Shown: piece after piece, positions 8,188 to 15,337 of the stretch | Layout of the letters: each line of letters starts with the position of its first letter | Position numbering within the stretch: position 1 is the first letter of the stretch | Assembly: GCA_964365845.1 (NCBI GenBank) | Contig: CAYIRZ010000002.1 | Location: forward strand, 10,240-42,952 | DNA from: an uncultured Streptomycetaceae bacterium | GTDB taxonomy: Bacteria > Pseudomonadota > Gammaproteobacteria > Burkholderiales > SG8-41 | Direction of reading: 5' to 3' | Length of the DNA: 32,713 nt | Translations under genes and position numbers: made by a program | Notes under the pieces: model-generated | What the model saw: the letters and a program-made list of their open reading frames with translations, nothing else | Told to the model about the DNA's origin: nothing | Database searches by the model: none

Positions 8188-9240
8188 TCAGATCGACAGT
8201 TTCTTCTCCAGTCCGGTTTCGCGGGCAATGCGCTTAAGATCGGCGCATGTATCCCCGGGCAACGCCAACCCTTGCTTGCGATTTTCCGCGTCGTTGCGCG
8301 CTTCCATCTCGCCCGGATAGAAAATTTCATCGCAGCCCTTGGCGAGCGGCACCGATTTCAGTTCGCCGATGAACGCCTGCATGCGCTGGTGAAACTGCGC
8401 CAGCGGCTGAAATGCCTCGATGTTCATCGCGATCATCATGTGTCCGCAGTTGCTCTTCTCGGCGGTCTTGTAGGGGCTGCGCACGGCGGACAGAAAGCCG
8501 CTGCCGGTCAGCACGCCGGACATCATGTCGACCATCGCCGCAATGGCGTAGCCCTTGTGTCCGGCCATCGGCAGGATGATGCCATCGATCGCTTCCTGCG
8601 GATCGGTGGTGGGCTCGCCCGCCGCGTTGATCGCCCAGCCTTCCGGGATGGGCTGGCGCTTGTTGCGGGCAAGATAGATCTTGCCGCGCGCGACGCCGGT
8701 GTTCGCCATGTCCACGCAGAATGGCGGAAGACTCCCGGCCGGTGCCGCGATAGACCACGGATTGGTACCGATGATTTTCTTGCGGCCGCCCCAAGGCGCC
8801 ATCGCCGGACCGCCGTTGCTGGTGAGCAGCATCACGCAGCCCTCGCGCGCGCCCGCCATCGTGTAATACATGCACGTGCCGAAGTGGTTGGAATTGCGCA
8901 CGCCCACAGCGCCTATGCCGTGTGTCTTCGCGCGCTTGACGGCTTCCCGCATGGCAAGCCGCGTCAGCACCTGTCCGACACCGTCATGACCATCAATCAC
9001 CGCGATCGCGCCGGCATCGACCACAAACTCGGGCTGCGTCACAGGCTGCATCACCCCGTTGCGCAAGCGTTCCCAGTACCAGCCGAGGCGCAGTACGCCG
9101 TGCGACTGATGCCCCCACAGGTCGGCCTGCACCAGCGTATCGGCGAGCAGGCGCGCATCGGATTCGGGCACGCCCTCGCCGGCATACACTGACGCCGCGA
9201 AATCGACAAGGCGCACCGGATCAATCAGGGATGTCGTCAT
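8188..9240 (-). CDS. Ldh_2-family (malate/L-lactate/L-sulfolactate-type) NAD(P)-dependent 2-hydroxyacid dehydrogenase
   Basis: I trimmed the track ORF 8188..9363 to the ATG at 9240 (350 aa): MTTSLIDPVRLVDF...LWGHQSHGVLRL...VRNSNHFG...GTNPWSIAAP...MANTGVARGKI...PMAGHKGYAIA. The 41 upstream codons run into a LacI pseudogene fragment and are Arg/Cys-rich noise. Confidence 0.8.
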   Translation of the reverse strand: MTTSLIDPVRLVDFAASVYAGEGVPESDARLLADTLVQADLWGHQSHGVLRLGWYWERLRNGVMQPVTQPEFVVDAGAIAVIDGHDGVGQVLTRLAMREAVKRAKTHGIGAVGVRNSNHFGTCMYYTMAGAREGCVMLLTSNGGPAMAPWGGRKKIIGTNPWSIAAPAGSLPPFCVDMANTGVARGKIYLARNKRQPIPEGWAINAAGEPTTDPQEAIDGIILPMAGHKGYAIAAMVDMMSGVLTGSGFLSAVRSPYKTAEKSNCGHMMIAMNIEAFQPLAQFHQRMQAFIGELKSVPLAKGCDEIFYPGEMEARNDAENRKQGLALPGDTCADLKRIARETGLEKKLSI

Positions 9241-9268
9241 GATTTCAGTCGCTTCCCATCGCTCACGA

Positions 9269-9420
9269 TTAAAAATGTAGGGTCGGGACCGCGGGCGCCG
9301 CCGTCGTGCCGCGCACGACGAGTTCGACCGGCAATTCGGTCCGCAGCGGCACGGTATCGCCATTCAGTCGCGCGAGCAAGCGCAGCGCGGCTTAGTCACC
9401 AAGTTCGGCGGCGGGGAAAC
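9269..9420 (-). pseudogene. 3' fragment of a LacI-family regulator paralog (in-frame stop, N-terminus missing)
   Basis: Minus-strand translation: FPAAELGD*AALRLLARLNGDTVPLRTELPVELVVRGTTAAPAVPTLHF*. It aligns with the C-terminus of the intact LacI-family gene at 10787-11815: FPTTELGAYAAHHLLSRLTGKSVDLHTELPVELVVRGTTAPPPQ*. Confidence 0.75.
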
Positions 9421-9422
9421 GT

Positions 9423-9509
9423 CAACGCACGCAGCCCACCGGGCCCGCCAGTGTGCTGCTCAAGATCGTTGCTTCAAACCAAAAGGCGATTGAGGCGTTG
9501 CACGAATAA
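9423..9509 (+). pseudogene. third, shorter 5'-truncated copy of the higA 3' end
   Basis: 87 nt align with 5706-5792 with 8 mismatches: QRTQPTGPASVLLKIVASNQKAIEALHE*. It directly abuts the LacI fragment (junction 9420/9421). Confidence 0.75.
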
Positions 9510-9609
9510 TTCCGAATGCATTGCAATCGGCCGGGCGCAGGCGCAATATGCTCTGGACGTGGTGCTCGGTGGCACGTAACCAGCGCCAGACCATCGCCAT
9601 CGGCCAGGC

Positions 9610-10608
9610 GTGCGAAAAGAGGCAGGAGTGAAGCCGGTTTTACGTATCGGTGTTACCGCAGGATTCGCCGCCGCGCTGGTGATGGCAGCGCCTCACGCCG
9701 CAGCGCAGGCGGGGGCGTGGCCCAGCAAGCCGATCCGGATGATCGTCTCCTCGGGAGCGGGCGGCGGCCTGGACCTTGTCGCACGTCTCGCCGCGGCCCC
9801 GATTGCGGAGGCGCTGAAGCAGAACGTGGTGGTGGACAACCGCCCCGGCGCGAGCGGCAGTATCGCCGCCGAGCTCATCGCGCAGGCTTTGCCGGACGGT
9901 TACACATTCATGGTGTTGAGCGCGAGTCTCGTGGTGTACGGCGTGGTCAACAAGACGCGCTACGATCTTTATCGCGACTTCGATGCGGTGGCCCAGATCG
10001 CTGCCAGCCCCTACATCCTCACCGTCACGCCGTCGCTGCCGGTGAAATCGGTGAAAGAGCTCATCGCGTACGCCAAAGCAAACCCGGGCAAGCTCAATTT
10101 CGCGTCGACCGGCCCGTCATCGCTCGCCCATCTTGCGGGGGAGCTTTTCGGGATCACGACCGGAACGCAACTGGTGCACGTGCCTTACAAGGGCGTCGGC
10201 GCCGCGCTGCCGGACATGATTTCGGGCCGCACGCAAATGAGTTTCCTGAGCGGCGGTTCGGTATCCGTGCAGATCAGGAATGAGAATCTGAAGCCGCTCG
10301 CCGTCGCCGGGACGAACCGCGCGAAGTCGATGCCCAATGTGCCGACGATGGTCGAGTCGGGCGTGCCGGGCTTCGTGGTGACGCAGTGGCACGGCGTGGT
10401 GACGCCCCGCGGTACGCCGCGCGCCATCATCGAGCGGATGCATCAGGAGATCGCGAAGGCGGTTCAGCGGCCCGAGGTCGCATCGCGCCTGGCGCAGGAC
10501 GGCACCGAAGGCGTAGGCAGCTCGCCGAAGGAATTCGCCGCATTCTTAAGGTCCGAGCGCGACCAGTGGGCCAAGGTCGCCAAGGCGGCGAATATCCGCA
10601 GCAAGTAG
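9610..10608 (+). CDS. Bug-family (TctC-like) tripartite tricarboxylate transporter substrate-binding protein
   Basis: 332 aa with a signal peptide (AAPHAAAQA). Typical Bug motifs: PSKPIRMIV, VVVDNRPGASG, DGYT, NFASTGPSSLAHL, VPYKGVGAALPDMISGR. An alternative GTG start is at 9628. No TctA/TctB genes are nearby. Confidence 0.85.
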   Translation: MRKEAGVKPVLRIGVTAGFAAALVMAAPHAAAQAGAWPSKPIRMIVSSGAGGGLDLVARLAAAPIAEALKQNVVVDNRPGASGSIAAELIAQALPDGYTFMVLSASLVVYGVVNKTRYDLYRDFDAVAQIAASPYILTVTPSLPVKSVKELIAYAKANPGKLNFASTGPSSLAHLAGELFGITTGTQLVHVPYKGVGAALPDMISGRTQMSFLSGGSVSVQIRNENLKPLAVAGTNRAKSMPNVPTMVESGVPGFVVTQWHGVVTPRGTPRAIIERMHQEIAKAVQRPEVASRLAQDGTEGVGSSPKEFAAFLRSERDQWAKVAKAANIRSK

Positions 10609-10786
10609 CCGGTGCGCTACATCGCAACTGGTGTCAATGTAAACACGCGAGCAAGCCGGGCCGCGCTCTTGGTGTCTCCGCGACGCAGGGCTTCCCGAAC
10701 ATCGTCCAGTTTGTAAGTGTCTTTTGGTTTGTTTTTCCTTTGCGTTCCTTCGCGGCCTTCGCGTTCCCGCTTTTCCGGCGAAGCCT

Positions 10787-11815
10787 CTACTGCGGCGGCG
10801 GCGCCGTCGTGCCGCGCACCACCAGCTCCACCGGCAACTCGGTGTGCAGGTCCACGCTCTTGCCCGTTAGCCGCGACAGCAGGTGATGGGCGGCGTAGGC
10901 GCCGAGTTCGGTGGTCGGGAAATGCATGGTGGTCAGCCCGGGCGTCATCAGCGACGCGATTTCCATGTCATCAAAACCGGTGATCGATACCTGCTGCGGG
11001 ATGGTAATGCCCTGCGCGTTGCATTCCGCCATCGCGCCGATCGCCAGCACGTCGTTGCCGCAGATCACGGCGGTCGGCAGCGCATCCCCGATCATGACTT
11101 CGCGCAAGCCTTCACGCCCGGCGGACAGCGTGAACGGCTTTTCCACGATGCGCGCAGCCGGAAGCCGCGCGCCGCGCGCGGCGATCGCTTCGCGCACGCC
11201 CTCACGCCTTTCCTTGGCGCGCTCGTTGTTGGCGGTAATGCCGGAAATCATCGCGAACTCGCAGTGCCCGAGATCGAGCAGATAATTGGCAAGACGGATT
11301 GCCGCCGTGCGGCTGTTGAAACCGACACAGGGATGCCGGCCGCTTTCATCCAGCGCCCAAGTGAGCACGTACGGGATCTGGTGCGACTCGATTGCCCGGA
11401 ACACGCTCGGGTCGTGCGTCGTGCCGAGCAGCACCAGGCCGTCGATGCCACGCTCGATCAGCGCGCGCGTCGCGCGCACTTCGACGTCGGCATTGAACTC
11501 GTGGGACGCCAGCAGCAGCATGTAGCCGGCCTCGTCCAGCGTCTTCTGCAAGGCGTGAATGGTGTTGGCGAATATTGCGTTGTTGAGCGTCGGAATCACC
11601 GCGCCGATGGTGCGGGTACGCCGCGAGGCGAGCGCGCGCGCCGCACCGTGCGCGACATAGCCCAGCGTCTGCACTGCCTGCCGCACCCGGCTCAGGGTGA
11701 GCGGCTTCACCTTGTGCGGTACCGTCAGCGCCCGCGACACCGTCGCGGTGGAAACCTTGGCGAGCCGCGCCACGTCGCTCAGTTTTGCGGTCTTCCTGGG
11801 CGTATTTTTCTTCAC
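10787..11815 (-). CDS. LacI-family transcriptional regulator
   Basis: 342 aa. N-terminal HTH: KLSDVARLAKVSTATVSRALTVPHKVKPLTLSRVRQAVQTLGYVAHGAARALASRRT. This is followed by a periplasmic-binding-protein-like sugar-binding fold. Confidence 0.9.
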   Translation of the reverse strand: MKKNTPRKTAKLSDVARLAKVSTATVSRALTVPHKVKPLTLSRVRQAVQTLGYVAHGAARALASRRTRTIGAVIPTLNNAIFANTIHALQKTLDEAGYMLLLASHEFNADVEVRATRALIERGIDGLVLLGTTHDPSVFRAIESHQIPYVLTWALDESGRHPCVGFNSRTAAIRLANYLLDLGHCEFAMISGITANNERAKERREGVREAIAARGARLPAARIVEKPFTLSAGREGLREVMIGDALPTAVICGNDVLAIGAMAECNAQGITIPQQVSITGFDDMEIASLMTPGLTTMHFPTTELGAYAAHHLLSRLTGKSVDLHTELPVELVVRGTTAPPPQ

Positions 11816-11890
11816 GGTATCAAGGGACGGGAATGGGCAAGGTTGAGCCTAACAACTCCGGGTATCCGTCGCAAGCACGTGGCAGGCAAT

Positions 11891-11920
11891 AAAAAAGCCA
11901 GCTCCAAGGCCGGCTTTTTT
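11891..11920 (-). terminator. rho-independent (bidirectional) terminator downstream of the xsc-like gene
   Basis: AAAAAAGCCAGC-TCCAAG-GCCGGCTTTTTT: a GC stem with one mismatch, flanked by A6 and T6. It lies 17 nt past the stop at 11937. Confidence 0.7.
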
Positions 11921-11936
11921 ACCGATACGCAAAACG

Positions 11937-13706
11937 TTATACGCCCTTGGCGCTGAACTTTTTATACTTCGCCAACAGCCGTTTGGGTTGCCGGAAGGCA
12001 TCGCGACGGAACGGGTCGCCCAGTTCCTGCGTCAGCATCATGTTGATGACCGTGGGCTTGTTGGATTTGACCGCGCCGCGCAGCGCGTCGCCCACCTCAT
12101 CGACATGCTCGACGGTGATGCCGTTGGCGCCCATCGCTTCCGCCACATCGGCAAAATTCGGGTTCTTGAGATTGGTTCCAAGGAAACGATTGTTGAAATA
12201 ATCGACCTGGTTTTTCTTCTCCGCGCCCCACTGGCCGTTGTTGAACACCACTGCGACCGCCGGAATGTTTTCACGCACGCAGGTCATCACCTCATTGAGG
12301 CTCATGCCCCATGCGCCGTCGCCGACATAGGCAATCGCAGGCCGGTCGGGGCGGCCGACCTTGGCGCCGATAGCCGCGGGATAGGCGTAGCCGCAGTTGC
12401 CGAAGCTCATCGCCGCCAGAAACGAGGGCGCCGATTCGAAATGCAGATAGCTGTTCGCCACCGAACACACGTTGCCGATATCGGTCGACACCATGGCATT
12501 TTTGGGCATGGCGCGGGCCAAGGCAGCCAAAGCCTGCCGTGGTCCGATTCGGCCCTTGGTATTGGGTGACGGCCAGTTGGCGAGTTCCTCCTTCCATGCC
12601 GCCGTCTCCTTCCGGATCTCGGCCAGCCGCGCTTTGTTCGGGGTCATTTTGCTCTGCGCCTTGAGCCGGGCGAGCAATTCGACCGCGGCGAGCCGCGCAT
12701 CCCCGCAAATGCCGATCGACACTTTCTTGACCAGGCCCAGCATGCGCGGATCGGCATCGACCTGGATGATCTTGGCGTTTTTCGGCCAGTAATCCAGCCC
12801 GTGTTGCGGCAGCGTGCCGAACGGCCCCAGGCGGCTGCCCAGCGCCAGCACGACGTCGGCGCGCTCGATCAGCTTCATCGCCGCTTTCGAGCCCTGATAA
12901 CCGAGCGGACCGCAGGCCAGCGGGTGGCTGGCAGGGAACGAATCATTATGCAGATACGAATTCACCACCGGCGCAGTCAGGTATTCCGCAAGCGCCGTGC
13001 ATTCCTTGATGCCGTTCGCCATCACCACGCCGCCACCGGAAAGGATGACCGGGAACCTGGCCTTGGCGAGTATGCGCGCCGCGGCCTCGAGCGACTCCGG
13101 GCCGCCGCCTGAGCGTTCGATGCGCTGCGGCTGCGGGATATCGTAATCGCCCTCGCCATAGAAATAATCGCGCGGAATATTGATCTGCACCGGTCCGCGC
13201 TCGGCCATGGCAATGTCGAACGCGCGCGAGGTGAGCTCGGCCATGCGCAGCGGCGAATTGACCTGTACCTGCCATTTGGTGATCTTGGAGAAAATCGGCA
13301 ACTGCTCGGTTTCCTGGAAGCCGCCCAAGCCCATGGTCAGGCTGCCCGACTCGGGCGTGATCGCCACCACCGGCGAATGCGCCCAGTAGGCCGCGGCGAT
13401 GCCGGTCACGAAATTGGTGATGCCGGGGCCGTTTTGCGCGATGCACACCCCGTGTTTTCCCGTGACGCGCGAATAGCCGTCCGCCATGTGCGCGGCGTTC
13501 TGCTCGTGGGCGACGGAGATGAAACGAATGCCGGCGAGCGGAAACAGATCGTGGGCGTCCATATAGGCAGAGCCGACGATGCCGAAGCTGTCCTTGACGC
13601 CTTGCGCCACCAGCGTTTCGACAAAAGCTTCGCTGGGCGTCATGCGAACTTTTCCGCCTGCCACAGAACTTTTTGCGAGATTTTTTGTGTCTGCCATCGT
13701 GTTCAT
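11937..13706 (-). CDS. xsc: thiamine-diphosphate enzyme closely resembling sulfoacetaldehyde acetyltransferase (Xsc)
   Basis: 589 aa. It matches Xsc as I remember it along its whole length: RMTPSEAFVETLV, HEQNAAHMADGYSRV, GGFQETEQLPIF, INIPRDYFYGE, GPLGYQGSKAAMKLIERADVVLALGSRLGPFGTLPQHGLDYWPK, ThDP motif GDGAWGMS, C-terminal ELGDPFRRDA...KYK. The start within the first ~20 codons is uncertain. Confidence 0.7.
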   Translation of the reverse strand: MNTMADTKNLAKSSVAGGKVRMTPSEAFVETLVAQGVKDSFGIVGSAYMDAHDLFPLAGIRFISVAHEQNAAHMADGYSRVTGKHGVCIAQNGPGITNFVTGIAAAYWAHSPVVAITPESGSLTMGLGGFQETEQLPIFSKITKWQVQVNSPLRMAELTSRAFDIAMAERGPVQINIPRDYFYGEGDYDIPQPQRIERSGGGPESLEAAARILAKARFPVILSGGGVVMANGIKECTALAEYLTAPVVNSYLHNDSFPASHPLACGPLGYQGSKAAMKLIERADVVLALGSRLGPFGTLPQHGLDYWPKNAKIIQVDADPRMLGLVKKVSIGICGDARLAAVELLARLKAQSKMTPNKARLAEIRKETAAWKEELANWPSPNTKGRIGPRQALAALARAMPKNAMVSTDIGNVCSVANSYLHFESAPSFLAAMSFGNCGYAYPAAIGAKVGRPDRPAIAYVGDGAWGMSLNEVMTCVRENIPAVAVVFNNGQWGAEKKNQVDYFNNRFLGTNLKNPNFADVAEAMGANGITVEHVDEVGDALRGAVKSNKPTVINMMLTQELGDPFRRDAFRQPKRLLAKYKKFSAKGV

Positions 13707-13830
13707 GCGACCCCCTCTGAATTCGGAATGAAGTTTATGACATGCGGATGGGATATTTTACCCGTACCCCGGCTCGACCCTGCTTCAAACCATGCCCGCC
13801 GGCTCACGCCAGCGCGCTGCGCCGAGCGTC

Positions 13831-13858
13831 ATTATACGCGCTTTAACCCGTTATGCAA
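13831..13858 (-). promoter_or_regulatory. near-consensus sigma70 promoter TTGCAT-N16-TATAAT reading toward the xsc-like gene
   Basis: The minus strand reads TTGCAT aacgggttaaagcgcg TATAAT (13858..13831), about 125 nt upstream of the ATG at 13706. The RBS GAGGGGG precedes the ATG. Confidence 0.6.
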
Positions 13859-13870
13859 GCGCTTGCATAA
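13851..13870. promoter_or_regulatory. perfect 20-bp palindrome TTATGCAAGCGCTTGCATAA, a LacI-family-type operator overlapping the -35
   Basis: It is an exact palindrome. The core TGCAAGCGCTTGCA follows the classic LacI/GalR operator pattern TGnAAnCGnTTnCA. A LacI-family gene lies immediately downstream of xsc. Confidence 0.65.
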
Positions 13871-13930
13871 TTTAGCCTTACACCATGATTTAACTTACTT
13901 TATACGCTTACAGCAAGGGGGCGGCGGGCG

Positions 13931-13965
13931 CACCAAAGCAAAACGGCCGGCATATCTGCCGGCCG
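13931..13965 (-). terminator. rho-independent terminator of grxD
   Basis: A 9-bp GC stem CGGCCGGCA-tatc-TGCCGGCCG (13944-13965) is followed on the minus strand by TTTTGCTTTGG. It lies 25 nt past the grxD stop. Confidence 0.75.
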
Positions 13966-13989
13966 CCTATACCTACCTCAGGATTGAAT

Positions 13990-14298
13990 TCAGCCCTGCA
14001 GCATTTTCTTCAATTCACCGCTCTTGTGCATCTCGGTCAGAATATCCGAGCCGCCGACGAACTCGCCATTGACATAAAGCTGCGGAATGGTCGGCCAGTT
14101 GGCAAATTCCTTGATGCCCTGGCGGATTTCCGGTTCCTCGAGCACGTTGACCGAGAAAAATTCGTTGACGCCACAGCCGCGCAGAATGCTCACGACATTG
14201 GCCGAAAATCCGCACTGCGGAAAATCAGGCGAGCCTTTCATATACAACACAACCCGGTGCTGGGTGACTTGGTCTTTTATAACGTCTTGAATACTCAT
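13990..14298 (-). CDS. grxD: monothiol (Grx4-type, CGFS) glutaredoxin
   Basis: 102 aa: VVLYMKGSPDFPQCGFSANVV...WPTIPQLYVNGEFVGGSDI. CGFS active site. Confidence 0.95.
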   Translation of the reverse strand: MSIQDVIKDQVTQHRVVLYMKGSPDFPQCGFSANVVSILRGCGVNEFFSVNVLEEPEIRQGIKEFANWPTIPQLYVNGEFVGGSDILTEMHKSGELKKMLQG

Positions 14299-14361
14299 AT
14301 TTTCTCCGATTACCTGACTGTATCTGTCGGGTATTAGTTTAGCGGCATAGCTGGTCGCTCG

Positions 14362-15189
14362 TCAAGAGCCTGCCGCATACCCACCACTGACCCGTTCTAT
14401 GCCGGCCAGATCGCGCCGCGAGAACACCTCTGCGAACCCCGCGGCATCCAGCAGCGCCCGGCAGCGCTCGGCCTGGTCATAGCCGTGCTCGAACATCAGC
14501 CACCCGCCACTGCCAAGATGGTTGTTTGCCTGGGTAACAATTACCCGTATGCAGTCCAGTCCGTCCGGGCCAGCGGCCAGCGCATTCCGCGGTTCGAAGC
14601 GCAGATCGCCTTGGCCCAGATGCGGATCGTCCTGTGCAATATAAGGCGGATTGGAAACGATGGCATCGTAGCGCTCGCCAGCGATCGCCGCGAACCAGTC
14701 GCTCCGCGCGAAATCGATGTTATGCACACCGAGCGTGCGCGCATTCTCCGCCGCGATTGCAATCGCGTCCGGCGTACGGTCGGTCGCCGTTACCCGGGCA
14801 TGCGGACGGTGTTTGGCGATGCTGATCGCAACGCAACCGCTGCCGGTGCCGAGATCGAGCACGCGGCAGGGCGCTTGCCGCGGGATACGCTCGAGCGCCA
14901 GTTCGACCAGCAATTCGGTTTCAGGCCGCGGAATGAGCACCGCCGGCGTAACCTTGAAATCGAGGCTGAAAAATTCGCGCCCGCCGGTAAGATATGCGAC
15001 CGGCTCTCCAGCGGCGCGGCGCGCAACCAGCGCCAGATAGCGATCGAGCTGATCGCCGGCAACGGCATGCCCGGGATGCGTGGCCAGGAACGCGTGGGTT
15101 ACCCCCAATACCGCCTGCAGCAAAACACGCGCATCGAGCAGGTCGATGCGCGCCGTTTTCAGAATCTCAGCTATGCTGGTGGCCGCCAC
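14362..15189 (-). CDS. prmC: peptide chain release factor N5-glutamine methyltransferase
   Basis: I trimmed the track ORF 14362..15417 to the GTG at 15189 (275 aa): VAATSIAEILKTARIDLLDARVLL... It has the SAM motif VLDLGTGSGCVAI and the NPPY motif (VSNPPYI). The upstream 76 codons are Arg-rich and overlap the prfA 3' end. The start choice is uncertain. Confidence 0.85.
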   Translation of the reverse strand: MAATSIAEILKTARIDLLDARVLLQAVLGVTHAFLATHPGHAVAGDQLDRYLALVARRAAGEPVAYLTGGREFFSLDFKVTPAVLIPRPETELLVELALERIPRQAPCRVLDLGTGSGCVAISIAKHRPHARVTATDRTPDAIAIAAENARTLGVHNIDFARSDWFAAIAGERYDAIVSNPPYIAQDDPHLGQGDLRFEPRNALAAGPDGLDCIRVIVTQANNHLGSGGWLMFEHGYDQAERCRALLDAAGFAEVFSRRDLAGIERVSGGYAAGS

Positions 15190-15337
15190 TTGCTTTTCTC
15201 TTCTTCTATCATGTGCTTCAAGCCGGATTGAGTGGTCACGAGCGCCGAGCCAAACAGGGCGGCAGCAAGCACGGCGAAGTAAACGGCCTGCAAGGAGGGC
15301 CTCGTGCGAAAGCGTCAGGCGAACCGGGCGGCTTCGC

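Noticed and set aside
9515-9540. GAATGCATTGCAATCGG upstream of the first Bug SBP gene as a second LacI operator
   Set aside because: It matches only one half-site (TGCAATCG) and has no dyad partner. It is too weak to call without a position weight matrix scan.
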